DNA from: an uncultured Gemmatimonadales bacterium
GTDB taxonomy: Bacteria > Gemmatimonadota > Gemmatimonadetes > Gemmatimonadales > Gemmatimonadaceae
Length of the DNA: 64,000 nucleotides
Direction: 5' to 3'
Assembly: GCA_963707505.1 (NCBI GenBank)
Contig: CAVPQB010000004.1
Coordinates: forward strand, 864,001 to 928,000
The notes under the pieces are model-generated. The model had not been told where the DNA came from and made no database searches. It worked only from the letters and a program-made list of their open reading frames with translations. Shown one piece after another: positions 41,969 to 51,264 of this stretch. The translations under genes were made by a program, and so were the position numbers. Within the stretch, counting starts at the first letter, position 1. Each line of letters opens with the position of its first letter.

Positions 41969-42166
41969 ATATCCTCCGTAACGAAAACGATGTTGCGCCG
42001 TCGGTAGCGGGCGCCCGAATAATATGTCCCCAACGCGTGTCCTCCGCAGGAGCGTCGAGCAATCGCGCAACCGCCGGCCGCAGGGCGCGTAAACTGCTGT
42101 TAATAACGCGCACCAATGCGAGCCTGAACAGCTCACATTGGCAAGTCTTGCCCAAAGGAGTGCATC

Positions 42167-42367
42167 ATGTTCGATCCATACCCACGCCACAGCCATCGCA
42201 CGCCGCAACAGATCGCCGAGGATACCGGTGGCACGTTCGAGCCGACGCGTCCGCACCGGCGCGCCCACGAGCACGATGGTGACAACGATTCCATGCACGG
42301 CGCTGCAAATAACGTAGCCACCGCGGCCGAATCGAAAAGGACCCCGGACGTATCCCCGCCGCGTTAG
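42167..42367 (+). CDS. Small hydrophilic hypothetical protein
   Basis: AAGGAG RBS before the ATG; fills the intergenic gap. Confidence 0.45.
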   Translation: MFDPYPRHSHRTPQQIAEDTGGTFEPTRPHRRAHEHDGDNDSMHGAANNVATAAESKRTPDVSPPR

Positions 42368-42373
42368 CGGCAA

Positions 42374-43720
42374 CTACATGCCACTGGGATAGGTTTCCGG
42401 CTCGTCACCAGAGACGTGCACAGGCAGGTGCAGCGGATTCACCGCACGCGTCTCGTCAATGAAAAGCAGGGCATCGTATCTGCGCGGAACGATAGTCGGC
42501 ACATAGTTGCCGTATCGTTCCGCACGCGGATCGTATACCACACCAATCGCACGATTGTCCAACGGCGCATCGAGCCCTTCTATACCGCCGTCCTCGGAAC
42601 CATCGAAGACAAACAGTGCATCACCACCGTCGGTCGCGCGATGAGCGAGATCCTCGATACTTCCCATCCGCGCGTTCGGCACCTGCATCCGACGCATCGG
42701 TGCACCCCACTCCCGGCCCGCGATGACGGTTCCGTGATGCGTTGCGAAGCCAGCCAGCACAACCCCTTCCGACTCGTGACTCTGCCGCACGAGCTGTCCC
42801 ACGTTCACCATGCCCGCGCGCGCCATGTCCGTGAAACGGGCGTCGCCCACATGTGTATTGTGCTCCCATACGATCGCCTTTGCGCGGGCGCCGTGGTGCA
42901 GCATGAGCCGATCCAGCGTGTCCACCATGTGGTGATCACGCACGTTCCACGACGTTGGTCCACCGCGGACCATGGTCCTGTAATACAACTCCGCACCACG
43001 CGTTACAATCGCGTTCTGCTCTGCGTTGAAGTACGCCTCGCGCCCGTCGTCGCGGAACTCTGGGGCTTTGGATCGTAGCTCACGCAATACCCGAACGGTT
43101 TCGTCCTGACACGACATCGGGACTATTGCGGTCGCGCGTGCATACTCCTGCACATCCTGGTTGAACGGCTCGAAACAGTTGTACGCATTCCTTGCCGTGC
43201 GCGCGAATTCCGGATCGACTGCATCGAGATAATCCACGACGGCCGACATCGACTCCCAGAGCGAATACACATCGAGTCCATAAAATCCCGCCCTCTCCTC
43301 TTCCGGCAGGCGTCGGTTGTGATCGTGCATCCATTCTGCGAGTGCGACCACTTCGCGATTGGCCCACATCCACGTCGGCCATCGGTCGAACGCATGCAGG
43401 ACTTCCGCCGCACTCGCTCCGGAGTTCTGGTATCCCTTGACGAAGCGATTGACCCGATAGCAGTCCGGCCAGTCGCCCTCCACGCCTATGAACGAGAACT
43501 GCTTCTCGATGATGAGGCGCCTGGACAGCTCGGTTCTCCATGTGTAGAACTCGCTCGTCCCGTGCGATGCCTCGCCGAGGAGGACGTATCGCGCTTCTCC
43601 GATCGCCTCGATTAGGGGGTCGAGATCATCCGCATTGTTCAGCGGCAGCGATGCATCGCCAAGCGATCTGGCGAGCCCGCGCGCCGCAAAGTCGTATTTG
43701 TGAACACCCGATGAGATCAT
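42374..43720 (-). CDS. Erythromycin esterase family protein
   Basis: VLLGEASHGTSEFY, VEGDWPD, WPTWMWAN, WEHNTHVGDAR; start uncertain. Confidence 0.9.
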   Translation of the reverse strand: MISSGVHKYDFAARGLARSLGDASLPLNNADDLDPLIEAIGEARYVLLGEASHGTSEFYTWRTELSRRLIIEKQFSFIGVEGDWPDCYRVNRFVKGYQNSGASAAEVLHAFDRWPTWMWANREVVALAEWMHDHNRRLPEEERAGFYGLDVYSLWESMSAVVDYLDAVDPEFARTARNAYNCFEPFNQDVQEYARATAIVPMSCQDETVRVLRELRSKAPEFRDDGREAYFNAEQNAIVTRGAELYYRTMVRGGPTSWNVRDHHMVDTLDRLMLHHGARAKAIVWEHNTHVGDARFTDMARAGMVNVGQLVRQSHESEGVVLAGFATHHGTVIAGREWGAPMRRMQVPNARMGSIEDLAHRATDGGDALFVFDGSEDGGIEGLDAPLDNRAIGVVYDPRAERYGNYVPTIVPRRYDALLFIDETRAVNPLHLPVHVSGDEPETYPSGM

Positions 43721-43881
43721 TAGAGGCTGGCAGGTAGCGTAGTACGGAGGGTGGAACCGTGGCGATGTGAGCCTGTATCCAACTCTGTCTCGCAGTACCT
43801 CGCTTTCTCGCATGAAGTGTGCAAGGACGGGGTAGGCGAGCGGTACGGTGGCGTTCGCTCATCCCTCGACTCAAGGCTCAA

Positions 43882-44238
43882 ATGGCAACTGCCGGTATAA
43901 TCGCCTTTGTGGTTCTTCTGATCGCGGTCCCGATATTCCTCGTGAACCGGGACCTCGTCGCCCGGCGAGTCCGGCACCGGCGCCATCGAAGCACCTCAGC
44001 GCCGCCATTTCTCTTCTTTTCGACCACAAATGAGAGCGACGTTCCGCCGCCAGCGCCGGCGTGGAATGGGCGGAGCGGCGGACTGCCATCGTCGGGGCGC
44101 CCTGCGGTTCAGCCGGAGCCTGGAATCGCCGATCTTCCGCCCAAGCCAACATCCGGCGCCGCCGGCGACGCCGGAGCCCCGGCGCCGCGAGACACCCGCA
44201 GCCGGCGCTCAGTTCCCGACCGCAGGACGGCCCCGTAA
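43882..44238 (+). CDS. Membrane-anchored Pro-rich hypothetical protein
   Basis: N-terminal TM segment, then a basic, Pro-rich tail. Confidence 0.5.
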   Translation: MATAGIIAFVVLLIAVPIFLVNRDLVARRVRHRRHRSTSAPPFLFFSTTNESDVPPPAPAWNGRSGGLPSSGRPAVQPEPGIADLPPKPTSGAAGDAGAPAPRDTRSRRSVPDRRTAP

Positions 44239-44326
44239 CACGAGTGAAAAGGCCCGCGTGAGCCGTTCGCGGGCCGCTTGTGGATCAACAGTCGCTGTGT
44301 TGATCCGATGGCGCCGAATCTAACTG

Positions 44327-44755
44327 CTAATTGTTCGCTGGCGCTTTCACTATCGCTATCGTGCATCGCGCCACGCAGACCGTGCGATCCTCCTCGTCAG
44401 CGATCCTGATCGACCACACATGGGTCGTACGTCCAACATGAACCGGCTCCGCTGTCGCCCGAATCGACCCCTCTCGCTTGGAGCGAATGTGGTTCGCGTT
44501 GATCTCGAGGCCAACGGCAGCGAACTGAGTCGGGTCTATGTTCGCGAACGCACCGAGCGATGCAGTCGTCTCCGCGAGAGCGACCGACGCACCGCCGTGG
44601 AGCAGGCCAAACGGCTGTCGGGTCCGGTCATCCACGGGCATCGTCGCCACGACACGCGTCGGCGTCAGCTCCACTACCTCGATGCCAAGTGCATCCGGAA
44701 GTCCGCGGGTCCTGAGCGCGCGAAGCCAGTCCAGTCGGTCGATTTGTTCAGGCAT
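44327..44755 (-). CDS. Hotdog-fold thioesterase (PaaI/MenI-like)
   Basis: QPFGLLHGGASVALAET, VGLEINANH. Confidence 0.9.
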   Translation of the reverse strand: MPEQIDRLDWLRALRTRGLPDALGIEVVELTPTRVVATMPVDDRTRQPFGLLHGGASVALAETTASLGAFANIDPTQFAAVGLEINANHIRSKREGSIRATAEPVHVGRTTHVWSIRIADEEDRTVCVARCTIAIVKAPANN

Positions 44756-44885
44756 CGTGAAAGCTACACTGACCGGCGTAGTACGTTGTTTTGGGACCGG
44801 AACTCGCATGATGTGGGGATGGGTCACTTCTGTGACCTTTCGGCCCTGACGGGGTAGAACTGGTGACGGTTCAGAAGGAAGGTAT

Positions 44886-45428
44886 ATGCAGCGAAGAATC
44901 TCGAAATTCGGCAGATACGCGGCTCCCGCCCTATGCGCGCTCGCGCTTGGGGCTTGTTTCCATCCGGCGCCACAGGAAGCCGTGGTGCCAGCGGGGAACT
45001 ATGGCGGCACGGTCGTCGCCTACCCGGTTGGCGGTTACGGATACGACCCGTATCCAGGCTATTACGGCTACGGGTACGCGCCGTATGGGTTTCCCTACGG
45101 TTACGGCTATCCGGGCTACGCGTACGTGCGACCCCGAGTCATCGTGACGCCTCCTGTGTATCGGCGCGGGCAGCCCAGTGGGACTGTCCGGGTGCCCGGA
45201 CAATACGGGCTACATCCGTGGAACGGCAACGCCAGACAGGGACAGCTGAGACCGCCGATGCGCGGGATGCCGATGAATCCACCGACCACGGGGCGCATCG
45301 CCCATCCAAGGCCCGTGGCGCCGCCGCCGCCGCGGCCAACGGTCATCCAGAAGCCAGGCGTGCCCGCGCAGCGCATCGCGGTCCCCAGGCCTGCACCGCG
45401 CCCGCAGCAGCCCGAGCAGAGACACTAG
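44886..45428 (+). CDS. Tyr/Gly/Pro-rich low-complexity lipoprotein
   Basis: GGAAGG RBS, lipobox LGAC, GY/PY-rich segment followed by a Pro-rich tail. Confidence 0.65.
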   Translation: MQRRISKFGRYAAPALCALALGACFHPAPQEAVVPAGNYGGTVVAYPVGGYGYDPYPGYYGYGYAPYGFPYGYGYPGYAYVRPRVIVTPPVYRRGQPSGTVRVPGQYGLHPWNGNARQGQLRPPMRGMPMNPPTTGRIAHPRPVAPPPPRPTVIQKPGVPAQRIAVPRPAPRPQQPEQRH

Positions 45429-45448
45429 CGGAACTTCGTGGAGGCTGA

Positions 45449-45505
45449 GGTGGAAAGCGACATCGTCAATCCGGCTCTAGCGGGATCACGATGTCGCTTT
45501 CCGCC
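45449..45505. terminator. Long hairpin between convergent genes
   Basis: GGTGGAAAGCGACATCGT / ACGATGTCGCTTTCCGCC 18-bp arms with one G-U pair. Confidence 0.6.
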
Positions 45506-45510
45506 CTTCG

Positions 45511-45627
45511 TCAGCGCTTGGAAGTGTGACCGCTCAGAAAGGTTGCGGTCCAGGCGGCGAACGCGACGATCAGTAGTACGGGGAGCATGATCACGTCGCG
45601 GAGCTGATTGTGCTGGTGCGGATGCAT
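45511..45627 (-). CDS. 38-aa single-TM small protein
   Basis: GAGAG RBS; MHPHQHNQLRDVIMLPVLLIVAFAAWTATFLSGHTSKR*; hairpin starts 5 bp after the stop. Confidence 0.55.
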   Translation of the reverse strand: MHPHQHNQLRDVIMLPVLLIVAFAAWTATFLSGHTSKR

Positions 45628-45690
45628 GATCTCTCGAAGGGGGTGTCACCCCAAGTATCGGGAGCTCGCCGCCGAATCATCACCACGGGC

Positions 45691-46374
45691 TCACCGTCCG
45701 AGCTTGAGAGCCGCCAGGCTTGCGTAGACACGGTCCGGATATGAGCTCATCTCGCCCGTTCCATTGTTGTAGGCCGCCAACGCGCGATCATTGTCACCGT
45801 GATGGTTCCGGAGAAACTCCCCGAAGATGTGTGCGCCGAAGCAGATGTTGACGCTGGGGTTGTGCAGCGACGTTGGCGTCATCTTGCCGCAACGCGACTC
45901 GTATTCTCTCCACGAGTCACGCTCGGGAAGCACCTGCATGAGACCGATAGCGCCAGCATGACTTTTCGCGCGCGGATTGAACTCGGATTCGGCGTACGCG
46001 ATAGCGACAAGCAATTTGGGATTGACTCGCGCCTGTTCACCATACGTCTGAAATTCGCGCGCCCATTCAAGTGCAGTCACTGAATCGACGTGCTTGCGTG
46101 TCAGCATGCGCGCAAGTGTGTCGCGACGCAACTCGAGGCGGCGTTGCAGCATCGTCGGTGCGAGCACGATCACTGGTGACATCGGAAGCGGCCTGACCGG
46201 CACGTGAGGAGCAACATTCGCGATCAGCACGCCACACGCAAGCAACATTACCGGATAGGTCAGCGGCTTTGCGTTGCGCAGCTTGCGCTTGATTGCGCTC
46301 GGCCGAGGGCCAGGGGTCCACGCGTCGGCAGAGTGAGGCAGAACCGACAACGGACCGCAGACGACCGGAATCAC
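45691..46374 (-). CDS. Lytic transglycosylase (SLT domain)
   Basis: AESEFNPRAKS.AGAIGLMQV, ALAAYN; start uncertain. Confidence 0.88.
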   Translation of the reverse strand: MIPVVCGPLSVLPHSADAWTPGPRPSAIKRKLRNAKPLTYPVMLLACGVLIANVAPHVPVRPLPMSPVIVLAPTMLQRRLELRRDTLARMLTRKHVDSVTALEWAREFQTYGEQARVNPKLLVAIAYAESEFNPRAKSHAGAIGLMQVLPERDSWREYESRCGKMTPTSLHNPSVNICFGAHIFGEFLRNHHGDNDRALAAYNNGTGEMSSYPDRVYASLAALKLGR

Positions 46375-46829
46375 AACCAGCTGTTGAACAGAGCGCTTCG
46401 CACCACGAATGTGGTGCTGACAACTTCAACAATGTGTGTCAACATCTGTGCACCCCGGGTTCAAGATCCGTGGACTTGCGAAGGAGCTTCCGCACGCAAT
46501 CTAATGTGAGATTACATGCGTCGTTTGTGCATTTTCTACATACGCACAATCGATCTCTAACGCGGAATGCGTGCCACTACGAAACTGTCGAGAACATGCG
46601 AATTGTCATTCGTGCGCCGCTGGTATTTGCGACATAATTCCCTAAAAATGACCACTTCGGGCTGCTACTGGATTACATCGCGTTAGTGGCTCACGACGCA
46701 GATGTCGCACCGTTGCATCAGGAAATCTGTTCTGTAGCTCTCGATCGACACTTCATGCATCGTGCCAGAACCGCATCCACGCATGATTGGGCATGCCGGA
46801 ATGTGATGGTGCATTAGCACCTGGCGCCC

Positions 46830-47528
46830 CTAGTGATGCCGGCCGAGCGGCGTGTTGCGAAGCAGAAATCGCTTTATGTCCGGGGTGAATTCCTCCGAAA
46901 CATTGCCGGTAGCGTAGCTCAGCACTCCGGCAAGCGACAACATCAGAGCGTGATGCTGACTGTGCATGCGACGCGGCTCCCAGCTGTTCACCGTGAATCC
47001 CGTCACGACTGCGGCGACGGCGCGGGACCACGCGATTCTGTGACTTCCGTCGTCGGTGCGGACGAAGAGTGTGTTGTGCAACGCGTCTTCAGTACGCGCC
47101 GTGAAGCCGTTACGCGTGGATCGCTCGAAGCGCGGATCTTCGTGAAGCAGGGCGCCCACTCCGAACTCGACGGTGTGCCGAACGACGCCTCCGCCGTATG
47201 CGGCTGCATCGCGCCGCGCATAACCGCTGATGCCAGCACCCCATTCCCTGGGAGTGCCGCGCCACTGGGCGATCCCGGCGGCGTACGATGCGCCGAGTAC
47301 GGTACGAATGGAAAACGTTCTGTCAGAATAGAATTCTGCTTTCTGGGCGAACGTCATTGGGAGCAGCGGCGCAGCGCTGTCGGAGGCTGCGGTGTCTGCG
47401 CGAGTGAGCGCGCTCGTGCGTACGGAGCCGGAATCGGCGCTGGTCGAATGTTGCGCGCGGACCGGCGACGCCGGTAGCGTGAGAGCGATTCCAAACAATA
47501 GAAGGACGCGGAGTGCGCGCGGTAGCAT
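46830..47528 (-). CDS. Secreted hypothetical protein
   Basis: Signal peptide ending VRA-Q; P.EWG.G..GY.RR and HEDPRF motifs. Confidence 0.7.
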   Translation of the reverse strand: MLPRALRVLLLFGIALTLPASPVRAQHSTSADSGSVRTSALTRADTAASDSAAPLLPMTFAQKAEFYSDRTFSIRTVLGASYAAGIAQWRGTPREWGAGISGYARRDAAAYGGGVVRHTVEFGVGALLHEDPRFERSTRNGFTARTEDALHNTLFVRTDDGSHRIAWSRAVAAVVTGFTVNSWEPRRMHSQHHALMLSLAGVLSYATGNVSEEFTPDIKRFLLRNTPLGRHH

Positions 47529-47565
47529 CCGTGAAAGGTAGCTCCGCGCGCGACACCGATCGGCG

Positions 47566-48378
47566 TTACTGCTTGGTTGGAGGTGCTGCAGGCAGTTGAG
47601 CCAGCCGTCGCTTCATCGACTGGAAGGCAGGGGAATCAGTCTGCAGCGAGGCGAGCTGCGAGGCCGGAACCTTGGCGAGCATTCGTTGAATGTCAGCTAT
47701 GCGGTCCTCGGTTCCAGGGTGGTCCGAGAACCATGCCGCTGACGATCCGGAGCTTCCCTGCGACTGCTCCTCGGCCAGCAGCTTCTTGAAGAAGCTCAGC
47801 ATGCCGGCCGGACTGATGCCCGCCCGCATTACGTTCTGAAATCCGCCGTCGTCCGCCTGCACTTCGTCCTCTCTGCTGAACTTGGCGAACACAGCGGTAC
47901 CGCCGATGTTTATCGCCGTCGCAGCTGCCTGATTGTTGCACACATTGGTGAGCGAGCACGCGATCGCGAGACCGACGTTCGCGCCCTGCTGCTGTTGCAT
48001 CTGCTTCACGGAATGACGCAATACGACGTGCTCGATTTCGTGGCCAAGCACGCCGGCGAGCTCGTCCATGGTGCTCGCGCGCTCGAGAACACCGCGATTC
48101 ACGTACACGAATCCGCCTGGAAGTGCAAATGCGTTCACAACGTCAGTGTTGACCACGGCAAAATGCCAGTCGAGATCGGCGCGGGATGTGCGTTTCGCGA
48201 TCTCATTGCCGAGGTCGTTGACGTACGCGTTAACCTGCGCATCCTGCAACATCGGAAGCTGCGTAGAAACCTGTTGAGCCTCCTGCTGCCCCATCTGGAC
48301 TTCCTGCTGTGTGGACACCGCGCACCCCGCGAGGAGCGCGGCGCCTGCGAGTGAAACAGCCAGTGAAGTGGTTCGCAT
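47566..48378 (-). CDS. M48 family metalloprotease lipoprotein
   Basis: Lipobox LAGC, NAFALPGG, HEIEH, FSREDE..AD, SDHP. Confidence 0.92.
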   Translation of the reverse strand: MRTTSLAVSLAGAALLAGCAVSTQQEVQMGQQEAQQVSTQLPMLQDAQVNAYVNDLGNEIAKRTSRADLDWHFAVVNTDVVNAFALPGGFVYVNRGVLERASTMDELAGVLGHEIEHVVLRHSVKQMQQQQGANVGLAIACSLTNVCNNQAAATAINIGGTAVFAKFSREDEVQADDGGFQNVMRAGISPAGMLSFFKKLLAEEQSQGSSGSSAAWFSDHPGTEDRIADIQRMLAKVPASQLASLQTDSPAFQSMKRRLAQLPAAPPTKQ

Positions 48379-48542
48379 TTTGATCCCGGGGTGGTGCATC
48401 GTGTCCTCTCAAAGTGAGATGTTGCTCCGTGGTGACAGGAAAGGCACGAACCGGACCACCGAATCGGGAGCCCGTGACGTTGCCCGGCAGGGTTCTCGCA
48501 GATAAGTTGGCATCAGGCCGCGTCAAACCGGAGGGTTACCGA

Positions 48543-49205
48543 ATGCAGATGACCGCTGTGGATCTCGTCACCGTGTCGCGGGAGTATGGTGCTGGGGGGA
48601 GCGATTTCGCGCTCGCGCTGGGTGCTGCGTTGGACTGGGCGGTACTGGACGGGGATCTCTCCGAGCGCGTTGCCGCCAGACTGCATGTGCAATGTGGCGC
48701 GGTCCGGCAACGGGACGAGCAGACGCCGGGCCTGTTCGCCAGAATCGCCTCGACGCTGCTCATATCACCTCCCGAAGCCCCGATGCAAATCGAGACCAGC
48801 GACCTGCTTATGCCGGATTCCATCGCACAGGCGGCTCATGCAGAGATTGTGGAGGCCGCGGCTCATCCACCGGCAATAATTGTCGGGCATGGTGCGCAGA
48901 TGATCTTTCGCGAGCGACCCGGAACCGTGCATGTCCGGCTGGTCGGAACGCCCGAATCCTGTGTCGAGCGACTCGTCGCACGCGACGGAGGGACGCCCGA
49001 GGAAGCTGCGGCGAACGCGCGACGCATCAACGGCCAGCGACAGGCGTACGTCCAGCGCTATTATCATCAATACTGGGCCGACCCGTTGCTCTTCGACATT
49101 CAGTTCAACACTGCTCGTGTGACGATCGAGCAAGCAGTGACGTGCGTCAGGTCGATCATTGTCGCACGCGGGCAGGCGAGCCCCGTACACGCGTTGAGCA
49201 GTTGA
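48543..49205 (+). CDS. Cytidylate kinase-like family protein
   Basis: TVSREYGAGG P-loop-like motif, IIVGHG, YY...W.DP..FD..FNT. Confidence 0.85.
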   Translation: MQMTAVDLVTVSREYGAGGSDFALALGAALDWAVLDGDLSERVAARLHVQCGAVRQRDEQTPGLFARIASTLLISPPEAPMQIETSDLLMPDSIAQAAHAEIVEAAAHPPAIIVGHGAQMIFRERPGTVHVRLVGTPESCVERLVARDGGTPEEAAANARRINGQRQAYVQRYYHQYWADPLLFDIQFNTARVTIEQAVTCVRSIIVARGQASPVHALSS

Positions 49206-49226
49206 CACTTTCCAACCACTGGTGAC

Positions 49227-49628
49227 ATGAAATTCATCTCCACACCTGACGCGCCAATACCCGCCGGACACTACTCACAGGGAGTCGTGCACGGCGGTTT
49301 TGTATTCGTAGCGGGGCAGCTTCCAATCGATCCCCGGGATCCGTCGCGTGAGCTGGGCACGATAGAAGACCAGACCGCGCAGGCGCTCGCCAACGTTGCG
49401 GCGATTCTCAGCGCAGCTGGAACAGGGCTCGATCGCGTCGTGCAGATGACGGTGTATGTATCCAACGTATCGCTATGGGGAAAGGTGAACGCGGTTTACT
49501 CGCGCGTTATGGGAAATCATCGTCCCGCGCGGGCGGTCGTGCCAAGCGGAGAGCTGCGACACGGAATGCTGATCGAGATTCAGGCGATTGCTGCGATAGA
49601 GCCGACCGCTCCAGAGGCAGCCAGGTGA
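49227..49628 (+). CDS. ridA: RidA family enamine/imine deaminase
   Basis: GHYSQG, VAGQLP, RPAR (catalytic Arg), IEIQAIA. Confidence 0.88.
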   Translation: MKFISTPDAPIPAGHYSQGVVHGGFVFVAGQLPIDPRDPSRELGTIEDQTAQALANVAAILSAAGTGLDRVVQMTVYVSNVSLWGKVNAVYSRVMGNHRPARAVVPSGELRHGMLIEIQAIAAIEPTAPEAAR

Positions 49629-50599
49629 GCGACGCGGCGCTCATCTCTCGCGCAGATGTCGATGCCGCGGCAGTGAGACTTCAGGGACAGGCCGTTCACA
49701 CGCCGATGATTGCGGCACTCGATCTCGCCGAACGCCTTGGAGTTGCATGCGGGGTCAAGGCCGAATCGTTTCAGCGTACCGGCTCGTTCAAGTTCCGCGG
49801 CGCCTACAACTACATCGCGACGATGAATCCAGCTGATCGGTCGCGCGGCGTAATTGCGCCGTCGTCGGGCAATCATGGGCAGGCCGTCGCGTGTGTCGCG
49901 GCCATATTCGGAATTCCGGCGACGATCGTAATGCCGACGACTGTAACACCGATCAAGCGCGCCGGGGTGGAGCGATGGGGCGCGACGGCTGTGCTCGCCG
50001 GCACTACCACAGATGATCGCATGTCCGCCGCGGAAGATCTGTCCCGCAATACTGGGGCGATGATCGTTCCGCCATACGATAACATTCGGATCATCGCAGG
50101 GCAGGCGACCTGCGGCCTCGAGATACTCACCGATGAACCGGACGCGATGACGTTCGTCGTCCCGGTTGGCGGCGGCGGGTTGAGCGCTGGTATTGCGACG
50201 ATCGTCAAGCTGGTGCGACCAACCGCGCGAGTGATAGTCGTCGAGCCGGAAGGCGCGGCCAAGCTCTCCGCTGCATGGCGCGCCGGAACACCCATGCCCA
50301 TCGACCGTGCGCAGAGCGCGGCCGACGGATTGTTAGCGGTGAAGATCGGCGCGCTCAACTTCGCGCATCTGCATCGTTACGCCGACGAGATAATTACAGT
50401 GACCGAAGCCGAGATCGCGGAAGCCGCCGCCTATCTATTTCGCGAACTGAAGCTCGTCGCGGAGCCAAGCGGTGCGACTGCACTCGCGGCCCTGCTGGCA
50501 GAGAAGGTGAAGCCGAGCGGCGAGACGATCGCCGTACTGAGCGGCGGTAATATCGCGATGGATGCGCTGCGCGAGTTTACCGTTAATCAGTCTCGATAA
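49625..50599 (+). CDS. PLP-dependent threonine/serine dehydratase
   Basis: QRTGSFKFRGA, SSGNHGQ, PVGGGGL, LSGGN; GTG start overlaps the ridA stop. Confidence 0.92.
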   Translation: MSDAALISRADVDAAAVRLQGQAVHTPMIAALDLAERLGVACGVKAESFQRTGSFKFRGAYNYIATMNPADRSRGVIAPSSGNHGQAVACVAAIFGIPATIVMPTTVTPIKRAGVERWGATAVLAGTTTDDRMSAAEDLSRNTGAMIVPPYDNIRIIAGQATCGLEILTDEPDAMTFVVPVGGGGLSAGIATIVKLVRPTARVIVVEPEGAAKLSAAWRAGTPMPIDRAQSAADGLLAVKIGALNFAHLHRYADEIITVTEAEIAEAAAYLFRELKLVAEPSGATALAALLAEKVKPSGETIAVLSGGNIAMDALREFTVNQSR

Positions 50600-50613
50600 G
50601 CCGTCGCCGCGTT

Positions 50614-51099
50614 CTACGCCGCGCTCACTCGTGGCCGCGGAGTTCCGTTGTCGGTCCATGCCACGAGTAATCTTCTAATCGTTCCGCGCGCGGTATCCTG
50701 CGTGACACCAGCGGCGCGCAACGCTGACGTGGTCGGATCATCGTGCACCGAAATGATCGCGAGTAGCAGGTGCTCCGTTCCGACACGGCGATGACCGAGC
50801 ATCGCGGCTTCCTCCTCGGCTCGACGAACGATCATGTCGAGCGAAGCCGGCCTGACCGGAAATCTGCGGAGCGGCAGATTCGCTTCGCGCTCACCAGCAA
50901 TCAGATCGGCGCGGTCCAGGACCTCGTCGATGGTCACTTCGAGCGCGGTGAGCACACCGCGCGCGAGAGACGGCCCGCAACCTTCTATCGCCCGCAAGAG
51001 CTCCGTACTCGCCAATGCCGACGGGTTCCGCCTCAATGCAATCCTGGTATTACCGAGCGTATCCTCAGCGCGGTCTGTAAAGCCACTCTTCCACGACAT
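50614..51099 (-). CDS. Stand-alone Clp N-terminal domain protein
   Basis: FTDRA..L, A..LGH..VGTEHLLLAI double repeat; no AAA domain. Confidence 0.8.
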   Translation of the reverse strand: MSWKSGFTDRAEDTLGNTRIALRRNPSALASTELLRAIEGCGPSLARGVLTALEVTIDEVLDRADLIAGEREANLPLRRFPVRPASLDMIVRRAEEEAAMLGHRRVGTEHLLLAIISVHDDPTTSALRAAGVTQDTARGTIRRLLVAWTDNGTPRPRVSAA

Positions 51100-51264
51100 G
51101 ATGCGCCTCCATATTCTCGCCCGCTCCGCAATGGCGGGCTCGTATTACTTGTGTCACGCCCGGGCGCGAGACGGTTTGCCCCGGCTGGCGACTGATCGTG
51201 GATCGACGCCGAGGTTGACGCAGTAGGACGCCCAGGGGTATTCTCCCGCTCCACCAGAGCCGCC

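Noticed and set aside
42374..43720. Macrolide resistance gene (ere)
   Set aside because: It belongs to the broad erythromycin-esterase superfamily; nothing in sequence or context indicates EreA/EreB activity or mobility.
46235..46300. c-di-GMP-I (GEMM) riboswitch-like ACGCAAAGCC on the minus strand
   Set aside because: The GGCAAACC...GAAA stem is missing, and the segment reads as the basic N-terminal region of the SLT protein.
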